Below, one piece after another: positions 47,720 through 57,444 of a DNA stretch of 64,000 bases; the first letter of the stretch is position 1, and every line of letters starts with the position of its first letter. The stretch covers positions 124,001 to 188,000 of IMG/VR virus record IMGVR_UViG_3300034072_000758; one strand, written 5' to 3'. Under the pieces are notes generated by a model. It saw only the letters and a program-made list of their open reading frames with translations. It was not told the DNA's origin and did no database searches. The translations under genes and the position numbers were made by a program.

Positions 47720-48148
47720 GTGAAGTATCTTACCGATTTGTCTTTTTGGTCGAAAATTATTGATGGTTGTAATGAACCGTCTCCGAATCCCTATAAAAAT
47801 CCATATGGTAAGAATCCTCCCGTAAAACGAAGTGATAAAAATAACCTTCGGGTGAGTTTCAAGATTTACGGAACCGTTGGTAAGCATCTTGGTTCGGTAA
47901 CTGTTACTATACATCTTCTAGGTAAGTTCAAGTTAGTCTTACATACTAAAAATGAATTAGATACCACTCGATATTTTTCCCGTGGCGAGCAAGCCATTAT
48001 TCCGAAAAACCACACCCCAATATACGTATACGATGATGCTTTCATTATCGCCTACACCAAAGTTGAAACGCACAAATTGACTTTGATGCGAAATATGACT
48101 ATAGAAAAATTCGAAGACGAAGTTCTTAGACTATCGCTGGCCTTATGA
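47720..48148 (+). CDS. C-terminal-motif protein (DxxFW subfamily)
   Basis: TDLSFW; ends TIEKFEDEVLRLSLAL*. Confidence 0.7.
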   Translation: MKYLTDLSFWSKIIDGCNEPSPNPYKNPYGKNPPVKRSDKNNLRVSFKIYGTVGKHLGSVTVTIHLLGKFKLVLHTKNELDTTRYFSRGEQAIIPKNHTPIYVYDDAFIIAYTKVETHKLTLMRNMTIEKFEDEVLRLSLAL

Positions 48149-48477
48149 TCATCACCGACGAACACAAAATCCGACAATTTATCAAAATGATATGGGCCGA
48201 AATTGGCGCTCAATATGATGATGATGAATATGAACCAGATGGCGACTCTATTTATTATTTAGATATGGGTGGTAAAAAGCTAACGATCTTAACTACAGCT
48301 ATTAACACTCAAAAAGGTGGTACACGAGATTGTGTCACAAACGTCATTTGTGATGATTTTTGTCTGGTGTTCAAACCCGCAATTCACCACGGTGATGTTG
48401 TTCAGCGGTCGATGCTCGTACTAAGCAATGATCAGGCGGAAGAACTAACAAAGTTTATGCTCATGATAGGAGACTGA
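48145..48477 (+). CDS. C-terminal-motif protein
   Basis: Ends DQAEELTKFMLMIGD*; paralog of 49853-50227. Confidence 0.68.
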   Translation: MIITDEHKIRQFIKMIWAEIGAQYDDDEYEPDGDSIYYLDMGGKKLTILTTAINTQKGGTRDCVTNVICDDFCLVFKPAIHHGDVVQRSMLVLSNDQAEELTKFMLMIGD

Positions 48478-48479
48478 CT

Positions 48480-48899
48480 GTGACACATCCCGCGATGATG
48501 GGTTATAACTACTCTTCGAAAGAGTATGACAATCTCGGTTTATGGATGGATATTGTCAACTTCACTAAACCTGACACTAAAACCCCAGCGCGCGTGTTGG
48601 GCGATACGTATTTCCATGTTCAGTGGGGAATGTCCAATGGATATTCTAATGTGTTCTACTTGGACATTATAAACCCATTTTTTTCAGCCGCGATTATGGG
48701 GACGCTGTATAAAGAACCAAAGCGCATACAATTTGCTGAGGACGAACCTGAACTGGTGTGGTGCGAAAACAAGAGACTGTCTGTCAGCTACCCGTACTAT
48801 ATAAAAGACGACCGATGCGATTTCAGCGTCAATCCTCTTAAATCAACTTGGGATGAAGTTGATTCGGCGATCATGGCTTTACGATTGTTGGCGAGTTAA
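48480..48899 (+). CDS. C-terminal-motif protein (DxxFW subfamily)
   Basis: DNLGLW; ends TWDEVDSAIMALRLLAS*. Confidence 0.7.
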   Translation: MTHPAMMGYNYSSKEYDNLGLWMDIVNFTKPDTKTPARVLGDTYFHVQWGMSNGYSNVFYLDIINPFFSAAIMGTLYKEPKRIQFAEDEPELVWCENKRLSVSYPYYIKDDRCDFSVNPLKSTWDEVDSAIMALRLLAS

Positions 48900-48988
48900 C
48901 CAAAGAAAATTGTTGACCTGACAAGTAATTAATGGTTGACTGCTACTAAGTATGTCTCGTAATCGTACTTTAACCCCAAGGATACCCA

Positions 48989-49396
48989 ATGGAAAATGTC
49001 TTCGCTCTCTCAAGTCTGGTGAATTACCTGACTTTCTTCGCGGCCTCTTTCGCCGTCTGGCTGGTCGTCTTCTCGATCTATCAAGTGATCACGCCCATCA
49101 AGGAACTAACCGAAATCAAGAATGGCAACACTGCCGTCGCCATCCATTTCCTCGCCGTCGCCGTCGCTCTGGCGCTGCCGCTCCAAGCTATCGGTCATTC
49201 AACCTTCGACATCGCCACACTGGCCCTCTGGGGCTTTATCGGCGGTCTGTCCCAGATCGTTCTTCATCTGGTCGTTCGCATCTTCTTCAAGAACCTCTAC
49301 ACCAGTCTGTCCAGCGGCAATATCGCTGCGGCTCTGGGTATCTCGGCGGTCACGCTGGTTGTCGGTCTCCTGAACTCGACCGCTCTGACCTTCTGA
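48989..49396 (+). CDS. DUF350 (YjfL-like) membrane protein
   Basis: ITPIKELTEIKNGNTAVAI...GNIAAAL; four TM; AAGGA SD. Confidence 0.85.
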   Translation: MENVFALSSLVNYLTFFAASFAVWLVVFSIYQVITPIKELTEIKNGNTAVAIHFLAVAVALALPLQAIGHSTFDIATLALWGFIGGLSQIVLHLVVRIFFKNLYTSLSSGNIAAALGISAVTLVVGLLNSTALTF

Positions 49397-49446
49397 TAAC
49401 GGCACTGCGTAAGCATCCGTATTAAGACCCTACCAAGGGCGCATTC

Positions 49447-49476
49447 AGACGGTCATCTTCGGATGGCCGTCTTTTT
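49447..49476 (+). terminator. Rho-independent terminator
   Basis: AGACGGTCATC-TTCG-GATGGCCGTCT-TTTT. Confidence 0.85.
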
Positions 49477-49490
49477 GTTTGGATTTGATT

Positions 49491-49838
49491 ATGGAAGCGA
49501 TTTATTTTGATTACTTTCCACACAAACTCCGCGACTACATGTGGGGAAAGTCTATTAAAAGAGAACAGAAAGTGCGGTATTGGACACGCACGGGATACCG
49601 ATGGAACAATAAACCGCAAGTATGGGTTTTTACTCAAGGTGAACACACTGTTAATCTATACGTAGAGGATCGCGCGTCGATCCCCGATTTCAAAATATTA
49701 CGTAAGGCAAACATATACAAAATTTGGGGACGGCTTGCGGATGGGAGCGTTGGTGAAATCATGAAAGTGGAACTTATTGGTAAGACCACCAAGGAAGAAG
49801 TTGAAGAAATTCTTACCTTGATTTCTCTCAGTATGTAA
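49491..49838 (+). CDS. C-terminal-motif protein
   Basis: Ends TKEEVEEILTLISLSM*. Confidence 0.7.
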   Translation: MEAIYFDYFPHKLRDYMWGKSIKREQKVRYWTRTGYRWNNKPQVWVFTQGEHTVNLYVEDRASIPDFKILRKANIYKIWGRLADGSVGEIMKVELIGKTTKEEVEEILTLISLSM

Positions 49839-49852
49839 GGTAAACTGCCCGC

Positions 49853-50227
49853 ATGGCCGAAGATAATATGCGCATTACTGATCCACATAAGTTGGCTGAT
49901 CTATATCAGTTCTTCTTGAAGAAAATTGAGGGACGCCTCGGTTTGCCGTCTTCTGCCAACAACATTATTCAGGGTGATCGATCCACCAGAGTCGTTGGCT
50001 TCGTGGTCAAAGACGGCTTCTACAAGTTCAATGCTTCTCTTGTGAGACTTTCCTATGAAATGCGACACTTCTGCCTAATCACCAATGTCGTGTGTAATCA
50101 ATTCGCAATCATCTTCGACATAGGTTTCGTGACCGACAATTTTGAGGTGACCGGAGCAACCATCATTGCTCGCGGCGACGGTGAGGACTTCATGAAGTTT
50201 ATGCTTGAAAAGAATGACATCACATGA
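49853..50227 (+). CDS. C-terminal-motif protein
   Basis: ITDPHK and TNVVC shared with 48145; ends GDGEDFMKFMLEKNDIT*. Confidence 0.65.
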   Translation: MAEDNMRITDPHKLADLYQFFLKKIEGRLGLPSSANNIIQGDRSTRVVGFVVKDGFYKFNASLVRLSYEMRHFCLITNVVCNQFAIIFDIGFVTDNFEVTGATIIARGDGEDFMKFMLEKNDIT

Positions 50228-50550
50228 GACGCAACGATGTGGTCTTTTGCCATTCTGGGGCGACACGCGACCCTCCACACTTTTCGCCGTATGGGCGGAT
50301 AGTAAAGAGAGTCGGCGATAAGTTCGAAGTTATCTTCTGTAACGGAGAGCGTTGGACGCTGGCGGAAGATGACCTGACTATCCATTACTATGGCGGGCGG
50401 ATCGATACGAAAACCAACTGGCATCCGACTAAGATCAGGCCCTTGAAAGAATGGCAGATCGTCGTTCGATTCCCAACACTCCGTAAGCTGAAAGCCATAG
50501 CTGCGCGGTATGAACGGGCTTATGGTAAGAAGAACATGTTTGATGAATGA
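50224..50550 (+). CDS. Hypothetical protein
   Basis: ATGA-coupled, 108 aa. Confidence 0.6.
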   Translation: MRRNDVVFCHSGATRDPPHFSPYGRIVKRVGDKFEVIFCNGERWTLAEDDLTIHYYGGRIDTKTNWHPTKIRPLKEWQIVVRFPTLRKLKAIAARYERAYGKKNMFDE

Positions 50551-50914
50551 TTGGAAAATTTGGGTTCAAATAATCAATAATATGCGGTGGGCTACTTACG
50601 GAAGTAAGTGGCTTAAAACACCTTATGAGTTTATGTATGCAAGTGTTTTCTTTGTGGGTGGCGGAGAAAATATGCTCTATACTTATCGCATCGTCATCAC
50701 TCTTAAATCTAAATTCAAGATAGAATTAACATTTAATTTTCGATTGGACCCATTTTCTACCTTGGAGTTTGATGTTAGGTCTAATGAGGAAGCCCCGTAT
50801 CGTATTGATCCTAGCACCATGACTATGACCGCGCGTCAATATGCGCCCACAATCATCACTCAAGATGAAATGGATGAAATCTTGATAGTCCTAACTCTGA
50901 CTGCTTTCGAGTAA
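50543..50914 (+). CDS. C-terminal-motif protein (DxxFW subfamily)
   Basis: MNDWKIW; ends TQDEMDEILIVLTLTAFE*. Confidence 0.7.
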   Translation: MNDWKIWVQIINNMRWATYGSKWLKTPYEFMYASVFFVGGGENMLYTYRIVITLKSKFKIELTFNFRLDPFSTLEFDVRSNEEAPYRIDPSTMTMTARQYAPTIITQDEMDEILIVLTLTAFE

Positions 50915-50917
50915 CAC

Positions 50918-51334
50918 ATGAAATTGGAAGCTGAAATTTGGGTGAAACTTATAAACACCCTCAATTGGCACGGTAATAACCGTTTCAAGCGCCGCTGGTG
51001 CTCGCAGGGTGTTTGGGAGGCGTATATAATACCTGCTGGTAGCTTCAATAAACGAAAGGGTACATTGTTTCGGGTCGTGATAAGATATATAAGTCTTGAC
51101 CTCGCCACCGAGTATTTCAAGAGCGAAAAAATGTTTGGGGTAACACCATTAAAAGGCCATTCCCCATACGAAGCGTTGTTCGATATTGATTACCAAGAAC
51201 CTCCAATTAAATATAGCACCAAGAGATTGGAGTTCCGCGACGGTTGGACAAAAACATCAATGACCAAAGATGAAATCGAAGAAGCAATAGTGGCTTTCTT
51301 CTTGACACTGGACCCTTATACGTATAACTCTTAA
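50918..51334 (+). CDS. C-terminal-motif protein (DxxFW subfamily)
   Basis: EAEIW; TKDEIEEAIVAFFLTL. Confidence 0.7.
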   Translation: MKLEAEIWVKLINTLNWHGNNRFKRRWCSQGVWEAYIIPAGSFNKRKGTLFRVVIRYISLDLATEYFKSEKMFGVTPLKGHSPYEALFDIDYQEPPIKYSTKRLEFRDGWTKTSMTKDEIEEAIVAFFLTLDPYTYNS

Positions 51335-51360
51335 GCTTAAATTCAAAACTTGAGATACAC

Positions 51361-52593
51361 ATGTCTGACATCGAAAATCCCCATGATCACCGCAACATCG
51401 GTCGTGATCTTGACCTCTTCCACATTCAGGAAGAAGGCAAAGGTATGGTCTTCTGGCACCAGAAGGGATGGCTTGTCTATCGCGCGCTGGAAACCTACAT
51501 TCGCAAGAAGCTCGATCAGCATGGCTATCAAGAGGTCAACACGCCTCTCCTGATGGATCGCGTTCTGTGGGAAAAGTCGGGTCATTGGGAAAAGTTCAAG
51601 AAGAACATGTTCATCTGCGAAACGGATGAAGACGAGTTCCTTGCGCTCAAGCCGATGAATTGCCCGTCGCATATTCAAATTTTCAATGACCGTCAAAAGT
51701 CCTACCGCGATCTCCCAATCCGCATGGCTGAGTTCGGCTCCTGCCATCGTTTCGAGTCATCTGGCGGTCTTCATGGCCTGATGCGTGTTCGCGCCTTCAA
51801 GCAAGATGACGCGCATATCTTCTGCCGTGAAGATCAGGTCGTGTCCGAGGTGGCAGACTTCATCGCCCTTCTCAAGGAAGTGTACGGCGATCTCGGTGTT
51901 AAGCTGGGGAATGTCTATCTGGCTTTGCGTCCTGAGACGCGAGCGGGAACGGATGAAGTATGGGATAAAGCCGAAGCTCAATTAGCCGAAGCTTCAAGGT
52001 TGGCGGGTGTGGAAGCGATTCCCGTAGAAGGTGAAGGCGCATTCTATGGTCCCAAGCTTGAGTTCCATCTGGAAGATTCGCAAGGCCGGTCATGGCAATG
52101 CGGGACGATCCAGCTTGACTTTGTTCTGCCACAAAGACTGGACGCTTCCTACATCAATGAGCAAGGCGAGAAACAAATTCCCGTGATGCTCCACCGCGCC
52201 ATTCTGGGAACGTTTGAACGTTTCCTCGGTATCTATATCGAGCACTGTAAGGGACGCTTCCCACTATGGATGGCCCCGGTCCAATTCTCTGTGCTTCCCA
52301 TCGTCACGGAATGTAATGACTACGGACACGAAGTCGCAGCCATCTTCAAGGAAGCTGGTCTCCGGGTTGAAGTCGATGATCGGTCGGAAACGCTAAATGC
52401 CAAAATCCGCGACAAAGCGGTCCAAAAGGTTCCATATTTGGTGATCATCGGTAAGCGCGAGCGCAATCAACGCACCGTGACGATCAAAGCTCCGGGGGTG
52501 AGCGATGAGCCTGAATCACAATGGACCCGGCCATTGGACGATCTGCCTCAGTGGATCAAAAACAATTACGGCTGGATTAAAAAATTCCAATGA
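51361..52593 (+). CDS. thrS: Threonyl-tRNA synthetase, minimal (no N-terminal TGS/editing domains)
   Basis: Begins at DHRNIGRDLDLF; KPMNCP, HRFESSGGLHGLMRVRAF, GEGAFYGPK, QCGTIQLDF, MLHRAILG; anticodon-binding domain present; 410 aa. Confidence 0.95.
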   Translation: MSDIENPHDHRNIGRDLDLFHIQEEGKGMVFWHQKGWLVYRALETYIRKKLDQHGYQEVNTPLLMDRVLWEKSGHWEKFKKNMFICETDEDEFLALKPMNCPSHIQIFNDRQKSYRDLPIRMAEFGSCHRFESSGGLHGLMRVRAFKQDDAHIFCREDQVVSEVADFIALLKEVYGDLGVKLGNVYLALRPETRAGTDEVWDKAEAQLAEASRLAGVEAIPVEGEGAFYGPKLEFHLEDSQGRSWQCGTIQLDFVLPQRLDASYINEQGEKQIPVMLHRAILGTFERFLGIYIEHCKGRFPLWMAPVQFSVLPIVTECNDYGHEVAAIFKEAGLRVEVDDRSETLNAKIRDKAVQKVPYLVIIGKRERNQRTVTIKAPGVSDEPESQWTRPLDDLPQWIKNNYGWIKKFQ

Positions 52594-52892
52594 GCATCGA
52601 AGAATATATCGCACGAACCAATAGCGATTGGGCCAATGAGGGTAGCGGATACCAGATGTATCGAGTCTGGTACTCGCGCCGCGCTGGCCACAAAGAGTTC
52701 ATGTTCCAAGGTGGGAAATCTCAAGCGGAAGCTGAGGATTTAGCGCAGGATCATTTCGACAATCGGGATGAACATAACCGCCAGCATCATGGTCATGCCA
52801 AGGTTATTCGCACAACGCCCGTGGCCAAGTCTGTGGATGCTCAGGCACCAAAGGCGACATTCGGTGACTGGTTACGTAACCTGTTCCGCTAG
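52590..52892 (+). CDS. Hypothetical protein
   Basis: ATGA-coupled to thrS. Confidence 0.6.
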   Translation: MSIEEYIARTNSDWANEGSGYQMYRVWYSRRAGHKEFMFQGGKSQAEAEDLAQDHFDNRDEHNRQHHGHAKVIRTTPVAKSVDAQAPKATFGDWLRNLFR

Positions 52893-53242
52893 ATCGTTAG
52901 CGCCAGCTTTATTAACATTTCGTCCATAGCTTCCTGATCGTTCGTGTGGTATTCAAGAAGCTTTAGGCTTGTGAACGAGACCATAAAACCGTTACCCGTA
53001 TGTATTGTGTAGAATGGCTCCGGTTGCATTACATATGCCGGGGTCATTTCTATTTTAGCAGATAATAAACTATGCTCTATTTCAAGCATATTTCTGCGTT
53101 TCTCCATAGTAATCGTAATTTTATATTCACCGATATTATATATTGCGGGCGTTATTCCAGCATCATTGCTCCCCATCCATTGCGTATGATCCGCGTCAGA
53201 AACAAGCTTTAGAATGAATTGGGGATTTTCGAGGATATTCAT
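52889..53242 (-). CDS. C-terminal-motif protein
   Basis: Ends DQEAMDEMLIKLALTI*. Confidence 0.7.
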   Translation of the reverse strand: MNILENPQFILKLVSDADHTQWMGSNDAGITPAIYNIGEYKITITMEKRRNMLEIEHSLLSAKIEMTPAYVMQPEPFYTIHTGNGFMVSFTSLKLLEYHTNDQEAMDEMLIKLALTI

Positions 53243-53613
53243 TTCTCAACGTCCGCATACCATTCGTCCAGAGTGTAGACGGTGATATGACCGACATCGA
53301 AGTTCTCGATCAGGAACATGCGTCCGCCGATTGTAAAGCTCTTAGCGTCCATAACTGCGCGGTTACACCGTAACGCATTCTGTTGAGCCTCAAGAGCCTC
53401 CTGCGTATCTTTGTCTTCGAGATATAAACGCATCATTTCCTGAGACGCCTTGGTTGCCGCCTCTCGAAGACTCACCAATTGAGCCGTGCGTCTGGTTACA
53501 ATTTCTGCAATATCCTTGATCAGGGTATCGGCACTCTCGTATATTATCGGAACATCGTGCGTGTCGGATCGTCCGTCACCATTGTCTACCAGAATTTCGA
53601 TTACCAGTCGCAT
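53239..53613 (-). CDS. Hypothetical protein (coiled-coil centre)
   Basis: Coupled ORF. Confidence 0.6.
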   Translation of the reverse strand: MRLVIEILVDNGDGRSDTHDVPIIYESADTLIKDIAEIVTRRTAQLVSLREAATKASQEMMRLYLEDKDTQEALEAQQNALRCNRAVMDAKSFTIGGRMFLIENFDVGHITVYTLDEWYADVEK

Positions 53614-53903
53614 TAGTCTTCCACCCACACATCTTCTTCACCGTGACCATGCCTATTGGCGGTCACCAAGCCGTCACCGTCAACAACCGCTACTCTCAGA
53701 GCATCGGCATACCAGTCTTTGACTTGCGCTGAATTGAAGCGCTTCAAATAAGTGTCTGCGCTTTCGTGGTGAGCCTCGCATACCAGTTGATCATTCTTGA
53801 CCCTGACCTCGAACAGAACGCCTTCTAACAACGTGTCCCCGAAGCTGTAGCCGTCAACATACGCGACTTCGACTTCACCTTTTTCGGTCATCAGTTTAGG
53901 CAT
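53613..53903 (-). CDS. Hypothetical protein
   Basis: GGAG SD before MPKLMTE. Confidence 0.6.
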   Translation of the reverse strand: MPKLMTEKGEVEVAYVDGYSFGDTLLEGVLFEVRVKNDQLVCEAHHESADTYLKRFNSAQVKDWYADALRVAVVDGDGLVTANRHGHGEEDVWVED

Positions 53904-53970
53904 CGGGAACTCCAAATAAATTGTCCTACACATAATATTGATATATAGTGTGTCTATCAAGGAAAAAGTT

Positions 53971-54711
53971 ATGAGAACCATTTACGCCTTTACCGATGTT
54001 CACGGCCATTACGATATTGCCCGTTCCGCCTTTGAGTATATCTTGGCGATGGACGCCGATGCGCGGTTTATCGGGCTGGGTGACTATGTAGATCGCGGCC
54101 CCAGATCGCCCGAACTCGTAGAATATCTTATCGAGAACGAGATCGAATGCCTCATGGGTAATCATGAATCCATGATGATCGGCGCGCATGATGTCGGATA
54201 CTACTCCGGGGCAGGAGCTTACCGTTTCTGGGCCGGGAATGGCGGTTTGGAAACTGAAAAGTCCTACGAGGGACAAGAAGACCTTCGCGCTAAACATGTG
54301 CTATGGATGCGTGGACTTCCTACGTTCATCGAGACAGAAGCAAACATCTTCGTCCATGCTGGGTTGAACCCGGATAAGACTATGGCGGAACAGACGAATG
54401 AAGATCGTATGTGGATACGAAACAAATTCCTGTTCTCTCTCCATGATTTTGGAAAGCATGTCGTTCACGGTCACACACCGCGCGAAGGGATTGAGCTTCG
54501 TCCCAATCGTACCAATCTGGACGTGGGTACACCGTTTGTGCGCCGCATGGCTATCGGAGCGTTCAAGGAGGACGTAAAAGGGCCGGTGGGTATCATTCTC
54601 TTGGAAGCTAAGGACGAGGATAGCGAGTTCACTGTGAGCCGCTACACTCGCACCGATAATGTCTGGTCGGATGGTATCAAAGAGACGATCCCAAATAATT
54701 ATAAGGCTTGA
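53971..54711 (+). CDS. Calcineurin-like metallophosphoesterase (Ser/Thr protein phosphatase-like)
   Basis: DVHG, GDYVDRG, GNHE, FVHAG, HGHTP. Confidence 0.92.
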   Translation: MRTIYAFTDVHGHYDIARSAFEYILAMDADARFIGLGDYVDRGPRSPELVEYLIENEIECLMGNHESMMIGAHDVGYYSGAGAYRFWAGNGGLETEKSYEGQEDLRAKHVLWMRGLPTFIETEANIFVHAGLNPDKTMAEQTNEDRMWIRNKFLFSLHDFGKHVVHGHTPREGIELRPNRTNLDVGTPFVRRMAIGAFKEDVKGPVGIILLEAKDEDSEFTVSRYTRTDNVWSDGIKETIPNNYKA

Positions 54712-55226
54712 TCGTGCCACCGGTAGAAGACGTATTCCATCATCAGCGGAATGATCTAGTTACGCAAATGTATGAAGGTAAAGTTGAGAAGAAAGCCGTA
54801 ATGAGCTTTCTTTTCGACATTATCACGGATATGTATGGTATCATGCGATCCGAAACTGTGCTCCCACCGGAATTTCATCAGGACTACGTTTTTCTCAAAC
54901 TAAATCTCGAACATTATATGAATGATCGGGAAGTTCCCGACGATGTTATTGGTGATCATACTATACCACAAAGGTATGACATGTATGGTCTTCATATGCT
55001 CATATACATTATGACTAAGTTCCAAAAAACACTTAGAGGTGAACATATGTTATTCACCAGTTCTAGCCAATCATTCTTTCGTTTGATCCCTTCGTTCTTT
55101 ACTTACATAAAGCATCGAGGTCAGGACAATTTTAAGATCGATGACATATTGACATCGCGGGTAATGTTGTATTACGATAACGTAAGCAAGTTTCGTTTCG
55201 GATACCCATTAAGGCCCACGAATTGA
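54708..55226 (+). CDS. Hypothetical protein
   Basis: Coupled 172-aa ORF. Confidence 0.6.
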   Translation: MIVPPVEDVFHHQRNDLVTQMYEGKVEKKAVMSFLFDIITDMYGIMRSETVLPPEFHQDYVFLKLNLEHYMNDREVPDDVIGDHTIPQRYDMYGLHMLIYIMTKFQKTLRGEHMLFTSSSQSFFRLIPSFFTYIKHRGQDNFKIDDILTSRVMLYYDNVSKFRFGYPLRPTN

Positions 55227-55642
55227 AAATCGAACAACTCAAAGCTCTGATCTACAAGACACCAATCAACAGGCGCAATCGGGTAACCCCCGATACATTC
55301 ATGGTGTCCACTGATGAATACCAAGTATTCTTGCGCTTGGTACGAAAGCCCGATGGGCTAATCGCCGAAGTCGCGCTCGCAACGAAGACCCTTCATATCA
55401 AATCTCAGATGTCGATCTTCGAGCTACCGGGTGGGGATGTTCTCGAAGCCGCAGATGCACCCAATCGTTTTCCGGTAGCCATCGGCGCTGCGAACAGGAT
55501 GGTATTGAAAGGCGTCGAGCCATCTACGTTTAAGGTTGTCGATTGCCGCGCCCTACGCCAAACCAAAGATGGCGCGCAAAGCTATATCGACCCCGAAGAA
55601 GTCGAGAACGAGCTTATGCTTCTCGTCCTCATGGAACTGTAA
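55223..55642 (+). CDS. C-terminal-motif protein
   Basis: Ends DPEEVENELMLLVLMEL*. Confidence 0.7.
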   Translation: MKIEQLKALIYKTPINRRNRVTPDTFMVSTDEYQVFLRLVRKPDGLIAEVALATKTLHIKSQMSIFELPGGDVLEAADAPNRFPVAIGAANRMVLKGVEPSTFKVVDCRALRQTKDGAQSYIDPEEVENELMLLVLMEL

Positions 55643-56037
55643 TGAACCCAGAATTATTTAAAAAACTAATTGAGCAAGCTACCATCATTGGGTCAAGATA
55701 CGGTTTCATCGCGTCCACCAATGATTATACGATACATGTCAATTCAGCCGACTGGACTAATAAAATCACAGTTCAGCTTCAAACGAATGTCAGTGGCGAT
55801 TTGATCGTCGTTCACGGGTCCGTGCTACGATCCGGCAACGTGACGGGAATGGAGTTTCCAACACACTACTTTTATGTTGATAACAAAATGGCGGTCTCAT
55901 ATGATCCAATCTCTCCCGACTATGGGTTTGCCATATCGGATGCCGTGATCTACTATAATTGTGATTCAAATAATTTCACCAAAGATCGTGATATAATCGG
56001 TGATCATCTGGCGATGCTGATCATCAACCATTTATAA
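55642..56037 (+). CDS. C-terminal-motif protein
   Basis: Ends DRDIIGDHLAMLIINHL*. Confidence 0.62.
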   Translation: MNPELFKKLIEQATIIGSRYGFIASTNDYTIHVNSADWTNKITVQLQTNVSGDLIVVHGSVLRSGNVTGMEFPTHYFYVDNKMAVSYDPISPDYGFAISDAVIYYNCDSNNFTKDRDIIGDHLAMLIINHL

Positions 56038-56079
56038 AAATTTAATAGAAATTAAGGGTATATTTTGATACAACAAAAT

Positions 56080-56574
56080 ATGTCCAGTGATTACATGTTT
56101 GACAAACTTGATGTGTGGTTGGCGCTTTTAGCCAAAGCCAAACCCGTTAGTTCCCAGATAGAAACTCTTGCCGATAAGCGTTTACGCATTCGGTATAAGT
56201 ATCTACCTGACGAGAAGCTGTCGATCCTCGTCCGCGAACCTATCTTCAAATACAAGACCTACCGCAACGGTGGCTTCATCGATTATGAACGATTTCGATA
56301 TTGGGTTGAAAATCCCGGTCGGCCTATGCCCCGTGAAGGTTTCTATGATTTCCTTCATCACCCGATGGAAGTGGTATTCAAGTATCGAAACACTTTTCAG
56401 TTCACGATCAAATTCCAAGCTTGTAAGGGTCGGGCTGCCTTTCCGGTAAGAACGGTTTTAGACAATGGTGAATACCATATGTCCTACTGTATGGAGCAAT
56501 CCCTTCGCCCTATTCGTAAATCGTCTCAAGAAAAAATTGATGAAGCCATGATGCGATTGGCGTTGACGCTATGA
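56080..56574 (+). CDS. C-terminal-motif protein (DxxFW subfamily)
   Basis: DKLDVW; ends SQEKIDEAMMRLALTL*. Confidence 0.7.
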   Translation: MSSDYMFDKLDVWLALLAKAKPVSSQIETLADKRLRIRYKYLPDEKLSILVREPIFKYKTYRNGGFIDYERFRYWVENPGRPMPREGFYDFLHHPMEVVFKYRNTFQFTIKFQACKGRAAFPVRTVLDNGEYHMSYCMEQSLRPIRKSSQEKIDEAMMRLALTL

Positions 56575-56945
56575 GAATCCAAGATGATGTTCAATTCTGG
56601 GCTGCGCTGTGTCATACATGCGATAAATTTGTTGTGCCTTATCCTGTGTCGGTGAAAGGTGTATCGAGATATTGGCCAGTCGAATATCATCATACCGAGC
56701 TACCACTTTCATTTTATATTTTATATAATGTTTCAAAACCCGGCATCATTCGAGTAATATATAAGCACAAATTCATGTGCGTTATGAAAGTACGATTTGG
56801 TGAGGTTCCGTTCACCTTAAACCGCCATGAAGCTGTTGATCTTGAGGACGTATTTCATACAAAAATAAAGCCGTTACGCGGGACTTCTATTGAAGAAGTG
56901 GAAGATATATTGGTTAACCTTCGTTTGTCTGTTGACCTTGTGTAA
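56571..56945 (+). CDS. C-terminal-motif protein (DxxFW subfamily)
   Basis: MRIQDDVQFW; ends SIEEVEDILVNLRLSVDLV*. Confidence 0.72.
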   Translation: MRIQDDVQFWAALCHTCDKFVVPYPVSVKGVSRYWPVEYHHTELPLSFYILYNVSKPGIIRVIYKHKFMCVMKVRFGEVPFTLNRHEAVDLEDVFHTKIKPLRGTSIEEVEDILVNLRLSVDLV

Positions 56946-56960
56946 GTACAAGTATACACT
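56932..56960 (+). promoter_or_regulatory. Sigma70-like (early) promoter
   Basis: TTGACC-N17-TACACT. Confidence 0.5.
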
Positions 56961-56984
56961 ACACCTCTAAGTGGGAGTGATGTT

Positions 56985-57377
56985 GTGCTTAAAGACTTTG
57001 AGTTGTGGCGTGATATTTTCTATATGGCCGAGACGGTCTATGTAGAGGATAAAAATTTTTTTATTTGTAAAAAGCGTTTAGATGCTAGTGACATCAGCAT
57101 GTATATAGAAGTCAAGTTGGATAAAGAACGTCCAGAAGACTTGATTACTATGACCGTCAAGTCGGAGCATTTTGACACCAAAATCATTCTCACACCCGCT
57201 GAGGTGGGTGATTATGAAGAAGACACCATGTTATTTCAAATTACCAGCAATGCGGCTTTATTTATTGATCGGGAAGCTCGTGTTGAATACGAGTTGAATG
57301 ACTGTTCAGAAGCACAGATTATGGAAAAAATCGGCCACTATCGCTTGCTGTCCACACCGTCTCTAGGGACAGCTTGA
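56985..57377 (+). CDS. DxxFW-subfamily protein with a variant C-terminal motif
   Basis: MLKDFELW; SEAQIMEKIGHYRLL. Confidence 0.62.
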   Translation: MLKDFELWRDIFYMAETVYVEDKNFFICKKRLDASDISMYIEVKLDKERPEDLITMTVKSEHFDTKIILTPAEVGDYEEDTMLFQITSNAALFIDREARVEYELNDCSEAQIMEKIGHYRLLSTPSLGTA

Positions 57378-57401
57378 CAAATACTGTATCTATGGTAAGG
57401 T
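57374..57401 (+). promoter_or_regulatory. Sigma70-like promoter
   Basis: TTGACA-N16-TAAGGT. Confidence 0.45.
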
Positions 57402-57444
57402 ATAGTCATCGAATATGACTTTCACTTATTGAAGGATACCAAAT

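Noticed and set aside
48952-49425. 157-aa Arg-rich ORF
   Set aside because: Alternative frame of the DUF350 gene, a by-product of its codon bias.
49397-49446. Short hairpins between the DUF350 stop and terminator as a possible ncRNA
   Set aside because: Stems are only 3-4 bp and match no RNA family I recognise.
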